Shown here: piece by piece, positions 38,871-48,949 of the stretch
Layout of the letters: each line of letters opens with the position of its first letter
Numbering within the stretch: position 1 is the first letter of the stretch
From: Gallionella sp.
GTDB lineage: Bacteria > Pseudomonadota > Gammaproteobacteria > Burkholderiales > Gallionellaceae
Reading direction: 5' to 3'
Assembly (NCBI GenBank): GCA_035529955.1
Contig: DATKVR010000036.1
Span: forward strand, 188 to 64,187
Length of the DNA stretch: 64,000 nucleotides
The notes under the pieces: model-generated
Told to the model about the DNA's origin: nothing
What the model saw: the letters and a program-made list of their open reading frames with translations, nothing else
The model's database searches: none
Program-made: the position numbers and the translations under genes

Positions 38871-39581
38871 ATGTCCGTTCGGTTTGATACCGGAAACCGA
38901 ATCCCCGCCATGATCGGGCTGTTCGTTAGCGGGATTGCGATCAGTGCAGCCGCTACCCTTGCACCGATCCAGACAGCAAACCCGGCAGTGCCGGATAATT
39001 TTCCTGCCGCCGTTTACAGGCAGTATGAAGCGCAAGGCAAAAAAATCCTGCGGGTAGATTCATCCCATTCGCTCGTCACTATCAAAGTTAGCCGCGCCGG
39101 CTTGCTTTCACTCCTGGGACATGACCATATAATCGCCAGCCGCGATGTGGCCGGTTACGTCTCGCCCAGCCAGGGGGTGGCCGACCTTTATGTTCCGCTC
39201 GACACGCTCGTCGTGGATGACCCCGGGTTGCGCAACGCAGCGGGTTTCGACACGCAGCCTTCGCAGCGGGACATCGAAGGCACGCGCCACAACATGCTGA
39301 GCAAAACACTGGACGCGAAACATTTCCCCTACGCGCTGATCCATGTCGCCCGGGCAGATGCCGGCCGTCCGGAGCTGAAGGTCACGATCACGCTGCATGG
39401 CATGACGCGCAACTTTGAAGTTCCCGCGCAATTCGAGTCTGTTCCGGACGGAATTTCAGTCGCAGGCAACATGTCTTTCAAGCAAACCGACTTTGGCATC
39501 ACGCCGCTCTCGGTGTTTGGCGGCGCGCTGCAGGTTCAGGATAAACTTGATTTGCAGTTCCACATACTCGCGGACAAATAA
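38871..39581 (+). CDS. YceI family protein
   Basis: LGHDH, TLHGMTR and QTDFGITPLS motifs; hydrophobic N-terminus; start uncertain (38871 or 38910). Confidence 0.82.
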   Translation: MSVRFDTGNRIPAMIGLFVSGIAISAAATLAPIQTANPAVPDNFPAAVYRQYEAQGKKILRVDSSHSLVTIKVSRAGLLSLLGHDHIIASRDVAGYVSPSQGVADLYVPLDTLVVDDPGLRNAAGFDTQPSQRDIEGTRHNMLSKTLDAKHFPYALIHVARADAGRPELKVTITLHGMTRNFEVPAQFESVPDGISVAGNMSFKQTDFGITPLSVFGGALQVQDKLDLQFHILADK

Positions 39582-39597
39582 TCCGACAGAACCGCCG

Positions 39598-41136
39598 TTA
39601 GTGTATCGCGTGCTTGGAAAAATCCCGGGGGCGGAAACCCAGTGCAAGTAACACCGCGAAATAAACCAGCACCCCGCCAGCCACCAGTTCGGACAGGCGC
39701 AGGATGCGCGGCCAGCCCGAACTGCTCAGCCAGCTCTGCTGGCTGCCCATGCCGAACCACAACGTGATACCCAGCGCCGCCACTGCGATACCGACCTTAA
39801 GGAAGAATTTCGCCCAGCCCGGCTCGGGCTGGTAAATACCGTTTTTGCGCAGGTAATAAAACAGGATCGAGGAATTCAGGCAGGCGCCGAGCCCGATCGA
39901 CAGGGCCAGGCCGGCGTGGTGGATCCAGCCGACGAACAGCGCGTTCATGGCCTGGGTCGCGATCAGCGTGACGATGCCGATTTTCACCGGGGTCCGGATG
40001 TCCTGCTTTGCATAAAAGCCCGGTGCAAGGATTTTCACCAGTATCAAACCGATCAACCCGACGCTGTAACCGATCAGCGCATAACTGGTCATCAGTACAT
40101 CGTGTGCATCGAACGCCCCGCGCTGAAAGAATGTGGACAACAGGGGCACCGCGATCATACCCAGCGCCAGCGCGGCGGGCAGCGTCAGCATGATGGTCAG
40201 GCGCAAGCCCCAATCCAGCAATCTGGAATATTCCGTCGTGTTGTTATTCGCATGGCACTTGGAAAGTGACGGCAGCAGAATCGCACCCAATGCCACCCCT
40301 AAAATTCCGGAGGGAAATTCCATCAACCGGTCCGCGTAATACAGCCAGGACACGCTGCCCGCCACCAGAAACGAGGCGAAGATGGTGTTGATGAGCATGC
40401 TGATCTGGCCGATGGAAACGCCAAATACCGCCGGTCCCATCTGTTTGATGACACGCCGCATCCCCGCGTCCTTAAGACTGAAGCGGATATTTGGCAGCAT
40501 GCCGATTTTTTTAAGGAATGGAATCTGGAACGCCAGTTGTACCACGCCGGCGATAAACACAGCCCAGGCCAGCGCCAGGATGGGCGGATGAAAATACGGC
40601 GCAAGCCACAGCGCGGCACCGATGAAACACAGGTTGAGCAAAATGGGTGCGAAAGCCGGCACCCAGAATTTGTTATAGGTATTGAGGATGCCGGCCGACA
40701 CTGCGACCAGCGAGATGAAAAAGATATACGGTGTGGTGACGCGCAGCAGTTGCACGGTCAAGTCAAACTTCGCGGTATCCTTGAGGAAGCCGGGCGCACT
40801 GATAAATACCAGTATCGGGGCGGCAAAGATGCCGATCAGCGTCACGGCGAACAGGATGATCGCCAGCATGGTGGTGACATGATCGACCAGCAATTGCGTT
40901 TCCTCATGCCCGCGGCGGTTCCTGTACTCGCCAAAAATCGGCACGAATGCCTGCGAGAAAGCGCCCTCCGCAAACAGCCGGCGCAACAGGTTGGGCAGCT
41001 TGAAGGCAACGAAGAACGCATCGGTCGCCATGCCTGCACCGAATATCCTGGCGATCAGCACGTCGCGAGCGAACGCGAGTATGCGCGAGACCAGGGTCAG
41101 GCTGCTGATCGTGGCAAGGGATTTAAGTAGATTCAT
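39598..41136 (-). CDS. murJ: Lipid II flippase MurJ
   Basis: SRILAFARD, PNLLRRLFAEGAFSQAFVP and YADRLMEFP motifs. Confidence 0.97.
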   Translation of the reverse strand: MNLLKSLATISSLTLVSRILAFARDVLIARIFGAGMATDAFFVAFKLPNLLRRLFAEGAFSQAFVPIFGEYRNRRGHEETQLLVDHVTTMLAIILFAVTLIGIFAAPILVFISAPGFLKDTAKFDLTVQLLRVTTPYIFFISLVAVSAGILNTYNKFWVPAFAPILLNLCFIGAALWLAPYFHPPILALAWAVFIAGVVQLAFQIPFLKKIGMLPNIRFSLKDAGMRRVIKQMGPAVFGVSIGQISMLINTIFASFLVAGSVSWLYYADRLMEFPSGILGVALGAILLPSLSKCHANNNTTEYSRLLDWGLRLTIMLTLPAALALGMIAVPLLSTFFQRGAFDAHDVLMTSYALIGYSVGLIGLILVKILAPGFYAKQDIRTPVKIGIVTLIATQAMNALFVGWIHHAGLALSIGLGACLNSSILFYYLRKNGIYQPEPGWAKFFLKVGIAVAALGITLWFGMGSQQSWLSSSGWPRILRLSELVAGGVLVYFAVLLALGFRPRDFSKHAIH

Positions 41137-41314
41137 TGCGGCATCAAAGCATGGCATTCAAAACGATGCGTATCATAACACCGGCTATGGTTCAGCCCGA
41201 CCGGGAGGCAAAGCGGTAAAAAGATTTGCAAAAATACGCGCAAGTCACTAGAATGCGCGCCTTTCGTCGTACCGAATTTCACTTTTCGCTTCACCGAATT
41301 TTCAAGGAGTAGTC

Positions 41315-41578
41315 ATGGCAAATAGCGCACAAGCCCGCAAGCGTGCACGTCAGGCAGTCAAACAGAATGCTCACAACAGCGGTCTGCGCTCGGAATTGCG
41401 CACCGCGATCAAGAAGGTGGGCAAGGCGATTGCAGCCGGCGACAAGGCCGCCGCACAGGCCGTTTACCAGTCTTCCGTCAGCACGGTAGACAGCATCGCC
41501 GACAAGAAGATTATTCACAAGAACAAGGCAGCCCGGCACAAGAGCCGCTTGTCAGCTGCCATCAAGGCTATGGCTTAA
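41315..41578 (+). CDS. rpsT: 30S ribosomal protein S20
   Basis: [13 protein letters not shown]...[13 protein letters not shown]. Confidence 0.98.
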   Translation: MANSAQARKRARQAVKQNAHNSGLRSELRTAIKKVGKAIAAGDKAAAQAVYQSSVSTVDSIADKKIIHKNKAARHKSRLSAAIKAMA

Positions 41579-41620
41579 AACGCTCAGGCATCGCGCCTGG
41601 TCGTTTTGATTCACCGCACG

Positions 41621-41650
41621 AGCCGACAGCAATGTCGGCTTGTTTGCTTT
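41621..41650 (+). terminator. Intrinsic terminator after rpsT
   Basis: AGCCGACA-GCAA-TGTCGGCT followed by TGTTTGCTTT. Confidence 0.7.
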
Positions 41651-41749
41651 GGGGATATCGCTGGTTTCTCTTGCCTAATGAGGGCAGTTTGGCTCAATAT
41701 ACGCACTTTGATTCATTCTGAACGGCGGCTGGTCCGCCGTCATTATTTT

Positions 41750-42931
41750 ATGTCACACGTAATGAATACTTATGCCCGCCTTCCCGTCGCGTTTACGCAC
41801 GGCGAAGGCGCGTGGCTTTGGGATACCGAGGGCAAACGCTATCTGGACGGTCTGGCGGGAATCGCGGTCAATACGCTGGGGCACGCGCATCCGCGTTTTA
41901 CCGCCGCGCTGAGCGAACAGATCGGCAAATTGATCCACTGTTCCAATGTCTATCAGGTCAACGGCCAGGAGCTTCTTGCAGATAAACTGTGCGGCTTGAC
42001 CGGCATGCGGGAAGTGTTCTTCTGCAATTCCGGCTGCGAAGCAAATGAAGCGGCAATCAAACTGGCGCGCATGTACGGCCACAAGCAGGGTATCCAAGAA
42101 CCCGCCATCATCGTGATGGAAAAGGCCTTCCACGGGCGGACGCTGGCAACCCTTTCAGCCACCGGAAACCGCAAGGTGCAGGCCGGGTTTGAGCCATTGG
42201 TGAAGGGTTTTGTACGCGTTCCTTACAACGACCTGGAGGCGATCTGCCAGGTTGCCCAGCACAACCGCAGCGTGGTAGCCGTATTCGTCGAACCGATACA
42301 GGGTGAAGGGGGTATCCGCACGCCGGACATCACGTATCTGCAGCAATTGAGGCAACTCTGTAACGAGCAAAACTGGCTGCTGATGCTGGACGAAGTGCAA
42401 AGCGGCATCGGGCGCACCGGGCAATGGTTCGCCTACCAGCATAGCGGCATCTTGCCGGACGTGATGACAGTCGCGAAAGGGCTCGGTTCAGGGGTTCCTG
42501 TCGGCGCGTGTCTCGCCGCCGGGAAGGCTGCGGACATTTTCCAGCCGGGCAATCATGGTTCAACATTCGGCGGCAATCCGCTGGCCTGTACCGCAGGACT
42601 GACCACGCTGAATATTCTGGAGCAGGATAAGTTGCTGGCGCATGCCGACAGTCTCGGCCGGTTCATTAAACAGGGTTTCGCCACTGCCTTGCAGGGCGTG
42701 AACGGTGTCAGGGAGATACGCGGCCAGGGATTGATGATAGGTGTGGAACTCGACCGGCCCTGCGGCGACCTGGTCAAACTGGCACTGGCAAAAGGATTGT
42801 TGATCAACGTCACCGCCGACAGCGTGATACGTTTGTTGCCGCCGCTGATCATGACCCAGGACGAAGCGCAACAACTGCTGGATATCCTGTGCCCGTTGAT
42901 AATGGATTTCCTGAAATCCGGAGCGGAATAG
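41750..42931 (+). CDS. argD: Acetylornithine aminotransferase
   Basis: FCNSGCEANE, FHGRT, EPIQGEGG, DEVQSG and HGSTFGGNP motifs. Confidence 0.93.
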   Translation: MSHVMNTYARLPVAFTHGEGAWLWDTEGKRYLDGLAGIAVNTLGHAHPRFTAALSEQIGKLIHCSNVYQVNGQELLADKLCGLTGMREVFFCNSGCEANEAAIKLARMYGHKQGIQEPAIIVMEKAFHGRTLATLSATGNRKVQAGFEPLVKGFVRVPYNDLEAICQVAQHNRSVVAVFVEPIQGEGGIRTPDITYLQQLRQLCNEQNWLLMLDEVQSGIGRTGQWFAYQHSGILPDVMTVAKGLGSGVPVGACLAAGKAADIFQPGNHGSTFGGNPLACTAGLTTLNILEQDKLLAHADSLGRFIKQGFATALQGVNGVREIRGQGLMIGVELDRPCGDLVKLALAKGLLINVTADSVIRLLPPLIMTQDEAQQLLDILCPLIMDFLKSGAE

Positions 42932-42935
42932 AGTC

Positions 42936-43874
42936 ATGTCAGCAAACCAGCCGGTGCCGGTAAGGCATTTCCTGCAATTCAAGGATTTCACCCGCGAGGA
43001 GTATGAATACCTGTTCGCGCGCACCGGCATCATCAAGCAGAAATTCAAGTCCTACCAGCAGCATTGGCCACTGACCGACCGCACCCTGGTGATGATCTTC
43101 GAGAAGGCCAGCACGCGCACCCGCCTGTCTTTCGAGGCCGGCATGCAACAACTGGGCGGCTCGGCGATCTACCTGAACACGCGCGATTCCCAACTGGGTC
43201 GCGGCGAACCGGTGGAAGATGCCGGACAGGTCATCTCGCGCATGAGCGATATCGTGATGATCCGCACCTTCGAGCAATCCATCATCGAGCGCTTTGCCGC
43301 GAATTCGCGCGTGCCGGTAATCAACGGCCTGACCAACGAATATCATCCGTGCCAGATCCTCGCGGACATCTATACCTACATCGAGCAGCGCGGCTCGATA
43401 CAGGGCAAGACCGTGGCCTGGATAGGCGATTCCAACAACATGTGCAATACCTGGCTACAGGCGGCGGAGATACTGAATTTCAACGTGCATGTTTCCACCC
43501 CGCCCGGATATGAAGTAGAACCGGAACGCGCCGGACTGTTCGGCGTGGACCACTACGAAGAATTCACCGACCCGATGGAGGCCGCGCGCGGAGCCGACCT
43601 GGTGACCACCGATGTGTGGACCAGCATGGGTTTCGAGGCGGAAAACGAGGAACGCAAGAAGGACTTTGCCGACTGGCAGGTCGACGAGGAGATGATGAGC
43701 ATCGCGGCAAAAGACGCGCTGTTCATGCACTGCCTGCCCGCGCATCGCGGCGAGGAAGTTTCCGCCGGGGTGATGGATGGCCCGCAAAGTGTGGTGTGGG
43801 ACGAAGCTGAAAACAGACTGCATGCGCAGAAAGCGCTGATGGAATATTTGTTGCTGGGTAAATTGACAAGTTAA
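42936..43874 (+). CDS. argF: Ornithine carbamoyltransferase
   Basis: STRTR, HPCQ and HCLP motifs. Confidence 0.96.
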   Translation: MSANQPVPVRHFLQFKDFTREEYEYLFARTGIIKQKFKSYQQHWPLTDRTLVMIFEKASTRTRLSFEAGMQQLGGSAIYLNTRDSQLGRGEPVEDAGQVISRMSDIVMIRTFEQSIIERFAANSRVPVINGLTNEYHPCQILADIYTYIEQRGSIQGKTVAWIGDSNNMCNTWLQAAEILNFNVHVSTPPGYEVEPERAGLFGVDHYEEFTDPMEAARGADLVTTDVWTSMGFEAENEERKKDFADWQVDEEMMSIAAKDALFMHCLPAHRGEEVSAGVMDGPQSVVWDEAENRLHAQKALMEYLLLGKLTS

Positions 43875-44012
43875 TTGAACAATAGGCGAGGTGTTCTGTC
43901 TATCCGTGCACGGGCTGCTTGCGCAGCAAGTTGATGCACGTAGCGATAGCCAGAACGGGTCAAATCCACCGAAAGTTCAGAAGTCTCACTTGTTACCAGG
44001 AACAATATCTGT

Positions 44013-44354
44013 ATGAGCGAAGAGTCACAACCCAATGACGATGGGGGCCATAGCAAGGAAAGCCGCCTGGCCGATCATATTCTGCCGTCATCGGCGACAA
44101 TGATCGGGGTGTGCATGACGGTCATCAGCCTGGCTCACCTGATCCCGAAGCACAGCATCAGCAGGCATGTGAACGATTTGCTGGCGCTCGACAGCCTGTT
44201 CTTTTTAACCAGTGCGATGCTGTCCTATTTTTCCATAAGGCGTCCAATTCTGGCGGAAAAATTCGAGCGGCTGGCCGATGTCATATTTCTGCTTGGCCTC
44301 GCGGTCATGGTGGTCGTTGGATTTATCGTTGCTTTTGAATTATTGATTGATTAA
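44013..44354 (+). CDS. Small three-TM hypothetical membrane protein
   Basis: HILPSSATMIGVC followed by three hydrophobic helices; fits the gap between argF and argG. Confidence 0.75.
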   Translation: MSEESQPNDDGGHSKESRLADHILPSSATMIGVCMTVISLAHLIPKHSISRHVNDLLALDSLFFLTSAMLSYFSIRRPILAEKFERLADVIFLLGLAVMVVVGFIVAFELLID

Positions 44355-44369
44355 CCCGGTTGATGAAAT

Positions 44370-45596
44370 ATGCCTGAGATAAAGAAAGTTGTACTCGCCT
44401 ATTCCGGCGGACTGGACACCTCGGTAATCCTGAAGTGGCTGCAGGACACCTACCAATGCGAAGTGATCACCTTCACCGCCGACCTCGGCCAGGGGGAGGA
44501 ACTGGAGCCTGCCCGGCAAAAGGCGCTGAAGTCCGGCATCAGGCCGGAAAATATCTTCATCGACGACCTGCGCGAAGAGTTCGTGCGCGACTTCGTGTTC
44601 CCGATGTTCCGCGCCAACACCGTTTATGAAGGTGAATACCTGCTCGGCACGTCGATCGCGCGTCCGCTGATCGCCAAGCGCCTGATCGAGATCGCCAACA
44701 AGACTGGTGCGCAGGCAATTTCGCACGGCGCGACCGGCAAGGGCAACGACCAGGTTCGTTTCGAACTGGGCGCCTATGCGCTGAATCCCAACATCAAGGT
44801 CATCGCTCCGTGGCGCGAGTGGGACCTGCTGTCGCGCGAAAAACTGATGGCTTATGCCGAAAAGGCCGGCATAGAAATCGACATGAAGCACAAGAAAGGC
44901 GGCTCGCCGTATTCGATGGACGCCAATCTGCTGCACATTTCCTATGAAGGCCGCCATCTTGAAGATCCCGCCGCCGAAGCCGAGGAAAGCATGTGGCGCT
45001 GGACCGCGTCCCCGGAAAAAGCACCGGATGCCGCAGAGTATCTTGACCTCGAATTCGCCCAAGGCGACATCGTGGCGCTGAACGGCAACAGGATGTCTCC
45101 CGCTGCAGTGTTGTCCAAGCTGAACCAGATTGGCGGCAAACACGGCATCGGCCGCCTCGATCTGGTGGAAAACCGCTATGTCGGGATGAAGTCGCGCGGC
45201 TGCTATGAAACGCCGGGCGGCACCATCATGCTCAAGGCGCACCGCGCGATCGAATCGATCACGCTGGACCGCGAAGTGGCGCACCTGAAAGACGACCTGA
45301 TGCCGCGCTACGCCTCGATGATCTACAACGGTTACTGGTGGTCACCGGAACGCCGCACGCTGCAAACCCTGATCGACCATACCCAGCAGACCGTCAACGG
45401 CTGGGTGCGCGTCAAGCTGTACAAGGGCAACGTGATCGTGGTCGGGCGCGATTCGAAGACCGATTCGCTGTTCGACCCGACCATCGCGACCTTCGAGGAC
45501 GACAAGGGCGCCTACGACCAGAAAGACGCGGCGGGTTTCATCAAGCTGAACGCATTGCGCCTGCGCATTGCGGCGAACCTGCACAAGAAAAAATAA
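44370..45596 (+). CDS. argG: Argininosuccinate synthase
   Basis: [22 protein letters not shown] and [10 protein letters not shown] motifs. Confidence 0.98.
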   Translation: MPEIKKVVLAYSGGLDTSVILKWLQDTYQCEVITFTADLGQGEELEPARQKALKSGIRPENIFIDDLREEFVRDFVFPMFRANTVYEGEYLLGTSIARPLIAKRLIEIANKTGAQAISHGATGKGNDQVRFELGAYALNPNIKVIAPWREWDLLSREKLMAYAEKAGIEIDMKHKKGGSPYSMDANLLHISYEGRHLEDPAAEAEESMWRWTASPEKAPDAAEYLDLEFAQGDIVALNGNRMSPAAVLSKLNQIGGKHGIGRLDLVENRYVGMKSRGCYETPGGTIMLKAHRAIESITLDREVAHLKDDLMPRYASMIYNGYWWSPERRTLQTLIDHTQQTVNGWVRVKLYKGNVIVVGRDSKTDSLFDPTIATFEDDKGAYDQKDAAGFIKLNALRLRIAANLHKKK

Positions 45597-45623
45597 TCAC
45601 CGGAATATACCAAGGGGTAGATC

Positions 45624-46115
45624 GTGATTCACGAACTGAGCGGAGACATCCTGTACAGCGGTGCGAAAGCCATCGCGCAGGGTGTCGCGCCCAACGACGA
45701 CTTTCACCACGGCCTGGCGCTGCAGCTGCGCGAGCGCATGCCGGCGATGTACAAGGACTTCCGCCACTACTGCCAGACCAAACATCCCAAGTCCGGCGGC
45801 GTATGGTCGTGGATGAGCCCCGACGGCCGTTACATTGTCAACCTGTTCACCCATGAAGGTTCATACGATCACGGCGGCAAGCCCGGGCGCGCCAAAATCA
45901 GCCACGTGAATCATTCATTGCAAGCGCTGCGCGATTTTGTGCAACAGGAAAAAGTCGGCAGCGTTGCATTGCCCCGTCTGGCTTGCGGTATGACCGGCCT
46001 GGACTGGGACGAGGTCAAACCGCTGGTCGAAAAGCAGCTTGGTGATCTGGGCATCCCCGTTTACATTTATGTTGCTTACCAAAAAGGCGTAAAGGCCAAC
46101 GAACCACCAAAATAA
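45624..46115 (+). CDS. Macro domain protein (TARG1/DarG-like clade)
   Basis: GDIL at the N-terminus, IVNLFT and SVALPRLACGMTGLDWDEV. Confidence 0.82.
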   Translation: MIHELSGDILYSGAKAIAQGVAPNDDFHHGLALQLRERMPAMYKDFRHYCQTKHPKSGGVWSWMSPDGRYIVNLFTHEGSYDHGGKPGRAKISHVNHSLQALRDFVQQEKVGSVALPRLACGMTGLDWDEVKPLVEKQLGDLGIPVYIYVAYQKGVKANEPPK

Positions 46116-46139
46116 CCAAACCCAGTGAAGGGAAACAGC

Positions 46140-46457
46140 ATGTCGCAATTCAACAACGTTACCGTGGAAAAAAAGGGCAATGTATTCTTCGACGGGAAAT
46201 GCGTGTCACACTCGGTGCTGTTTGCCGATGGCACCCGCAAGACGGTAGGCGTGATCCTGCCCAGCACCCTGACTTTCAATGTCAGCACACCCGAGCTGAT
46301 GGAAATTACGTCCGGTACCTGCCGTGTCAAGATCGGCGATGAGCCGGAATTCAAGACCTATGCCGCGGGTGACCGGTTTTCCGTAGCAGCGCATAGCCGC
46401 TTCGTGATCGAAACCAACGAAGTCATCAATTACGTTTGCAGTTTTGGCTCCGACTGA
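46140..46457 (+). CDS. ppnP: Pyrimidine/purine nucleoside phosphorylase (DUF1255)
   Basis: NVFFDGKCVS, TVGVILP and ELMEI motifs; C-terminal YVCSF. Confidence 0.88.
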   Translation: MSQFNNVTVEKKGNVFFDGKCVSHSVLFADGTRKTVGVILPSTLTFNVSTPELMEITSGTCRVKIGDEPEFKTYAAGDRFSVAAHSRFVIETNEVINYVCSFGSD

Positions 46458-46476
46458 CCTGAAGGTAAGCTTTGCA

Positions 46477-46538
46477 TAGCCAATCGGCTATGCTGGCAAA
46501 AAACGCCAGCCAAGCCGCTGGTTAGTCTTCGCCGCAAC
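46477..46538 (-). repeat. Hybrid hairpin mini-element (type II left arm plus type I core)
   Basis: Reverse complement GTTGCGGCGAAGAC-TAACCAGCGGCTTGGCTGGC-GTTTTTT-GCCAGCATAGCCGATTGGCTA. Confidence 0.85.
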
Positions 46539-46585
46539 AAACCGCGTTGCGGTGTGTTGTGGTCAACCAATTAAGGAGATACACC

Positions 46586-47074
46586 ATGCCAACCTTCGAT
46601 ATCGTTTCAGAAGTAGACAAGACCGAAGTCAAAAATGCCATCGAACAAACCAACAAGGAAGTCAGCACCCGCTTCGATTTCAAGGGCTCGGATGCGCGAG
46701 TCGAACAAGCCGAACTCAAGCTGACGGTCTGGGCCGACAATGAATTCCAGCTGGATCAGGTGCAGGATATCCTGAACGGCAAGCTGACCAAACGCGGCGT
46801 GGATATCAAGTGCCTGGAGATCATCGACAAAATCGAAAAGGTCAGCGGCAACAAGGTCAAGCGCGGTTGCGAAGTGAAAGTCGGCGTTGAAATCGAACTG
46901 GCGAAAAAGATCGTCAAGCACCTCAAGGACAGCAAACTCAAGGTGCAGGCCAGTATCCAGGGCGACGCCGTGCGTGTCTCGGGGAAAAACCGCGATGACC
47001 TGCAGGAAGCGATTGCCTTTGTCAAAAAAACCATTACCGACTTTCCGTTGCAATATCAGAATTTCCGCGACTGA
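46586..47074 (+). CDS. yajQ: YajQ family nucleotide/c-di-GMP-binding protein
   Basis: [26 protein letters not shown] and NFRD motifs. Confidence 0.96.
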   Translation: MPTFDIVSEVDKTEVKNAIEQTNKEVSTRFDFKGSDARVEQAELKLTVWADNEFQLDQVQDILNGKLTKRGVDIKCLEIIDKIEKVSGNKVKRGCEVKVGVEIELAKKIVKHLKDSKLKVQASIQGDAVRVSGKNRDDLQEAIAFVKKTITDFPLQYQNFRD

Positions 47075-47451
47075 ACAACGCGGTTTTATAACCCGCCCGG
47101 CCGATTTTGGCGCAGACATGCGGCGTTTCCTTGATTTGCTGCTTGGTGCTGCTCATCTCCGGGAATACTGCCGGACAACGTCAACCCCGTCCACGCCGCA
47201 GTTCGCGTTTCTATCCGGCTGGCGTGCCCGGGAGTTCCAAAATAGCGCAAAATGTTACGCAGGGCGGCCCGGCTATCCGTGAATACGGATCGGCAAATGC
47301 GCTTGTCAAATTTGGCAGAATATCTATGATGCAAACGGAATTGCAGATTCATGCCGGCATGACGCGGCATTGCCAGACCAGTAGTGGTTGCGACAGATTT
47401 TACCGATAGTTCATTTGCACGCTGTCTTCTGGTTAAACACGGAGAAACAAA

Positions 47452-47616
47452 ATGATAAAAAATCAGCGTATCCGCCGCACCATTGCAGCAATCATGATCG
47501 TTCTGGGCGCGATTTTGATGTTTCTCGCTCCGGAACTATGGCCGGGCGCGCTGTTGTTCGCCTTGGGTATCATTTTGGAACTGGCCGGTATCGCGCTGGA
47601 GCGCAAGGCCAACTAA
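47452..47616 (+). CDS. 54-aa two-TM small protein (not in the ORF track)
   Basis: RBS GGAG; MIKNQRIRRTIAAIMIVLGAILMFLAPELWPGALLFALGIILELAGIALERKAN. Confidence 0.75.
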   Translation: MIKNQRIRRTIAAIMIVLGAILMFLAPELWPGALLFALGIILELAGIALERKAN

Positions 47617-47667
47617 TCTTTCCGGCACTGGTGCGCTCGACATCGGTCCCCGGCTGATGGGATAGCT

Positions 47668-48210
47668 ATGAAATCCGTTCTGGTATTGTTCGCCTCTGGC
47701 AGTGAAGAATTGGAGACGGTCACGGTCGTTGACATTCTGCGGCGCGGTGGCATTTCGGTTACGCTGGCAGGTCTGGAGGTCGGCGCGTTACGTGGCAGCC
47801 GCGGCATTGTGCTGATGCCTGACACCACACTGGACGACGCGCTGCAGCACGGCTATGACATGGTGGTATTGCCCGGCGGACAACCGGGCAGCGACAATCT
47901 CAAAGCCGATGTGCGTGTGTTAAAACTGATCCAGCAAATGTCGCAACAGGGGAAATACGTGGCCGCAATTTGCGCCGCGCCATCGGTGCTGGCAACCGCC
48001 GGATTGCTCGACGGAAAACAGGCCACCAGTTTCCCCGGCACGCTCGATGCATTTCCGCGGGTCATGCAACGGCCCTCAGCCGTGGTGGAAGACGGCAAAC
48101 TGATCACCTCGCGCGGTCCCGGCACCGCAATGGACTTTGCGCTCACACTGGTGGAACGGCTGGCCGGAAAAGAAAAACGGCTGGCAACCGAAACCGGATT
48201 GCAGCGATAA
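47668..48210 (+). CDS. DJ-1/PfpI family protein (YajL/ThiJ-like)
   Basis: GSEELE, LPGG, AAICAAP and TSRGPGTA motifs. Confidence 0.93.
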   Translation: MKSVLVLFASGSEELETVTVVDILRRGGISVTLAGLEVGALRGSRGIVLMPDTTLDDALQHGYDMVVLPGGQPGSDNLKADVRVLKLIQQMSQQGKYVAAICAAPSVLATAGLLDGKQATSFPGTLDAFPRVMQRPSAVVEDGKLITSRGPGTAMDFALTLVERLAGKEKRLATETGLQR

Positions 48211-48285
48211 ACGCATCCCGTAGGGAATACCGCCAACCCGGCCACTGCATCGGCGTTGTCCCTGCACCACCCCGATCAAACCCGT

Positions 48286-48948
48286 TCAGCGCAAACTCAT
48301 CACCTGCCAGCCGTGCTGCACGGCATGCCGGCGCAGCGTGTCGTCCGGATTCACCGCAATGGGATTTTTGACCTTGGCGAGCAACGGCAGATCATTGAGC
48401 GAATCGCTGTAAAAAGTCGTGTCGGCAAAGCTGTTCCAGTTCCAGCCGCGCTGTGCCATCCAATTTTCCAGCCGGGTGATCTTCCCCTCGCGGAAGCACG
48501 GCACACCGGCAACGCGCCCGGTGAATTCGCCATCCCTGTGCTCCGGTTCGGTGGCAATCAGATGCTCGATGCCGAATTCGCGCGCGATCGGCGCGGTCAC
48601 GAAACTGTTGGTGGCGGTGATGATCACGCATACATCGCCCGCCATGCGATGACGATTGACCAGTTCGCGCGCGCCCCGGGTGATCATGTCCGACACCTGC
48701 TCGCGCATGAACTGACCATGCCATTCGTCCAGTGTCTTGCGTGCATGGCGTGCCAACGGCTTCAGCTGGAAGTCCAGAAATTCCTGGATATCCAGCGTCC
48801 CGGCCTTGTAATGCTCATAGAAGGCATGATTTTTTGCCTCGAACAGCTCGCGGTCGAGCACGCCGATGCGAATCAGGAACTGCGACCACTCGAAATCGCT
48901 GTCGCCGTTGAGCAGGGTATTGTCCAGATCAAATAAAGCCAGATTCAC
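48286..48948 (-). CDS. HAD-IB family hydrolase
   Basis: FDLDNTL, TATN and YSDSLNDLPLL motifs; GTG start assumed. Confidence 0.92.
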   Translation of the reverse strand: MNLALFDLDNTLLNGDSDFEWSQFLIRIGVLDRELFEAKNHAFYEHYKAGTLDIQEFLDFQLKPLARHARKTLDEWHGQFMREQVSDMITRGARELVNRHRMAGDVCVIITATNSFVTAPIAREFGIEHLIATEPEHRDGEFTGRVAGVPCFREGKITRLENWMAQRGWNWNSFADTTFYSDSLNDLPLLAKVKNPIAVNPDDTLRRHAVQHGWQVMSLR

Positions 48949-48949
48949 T

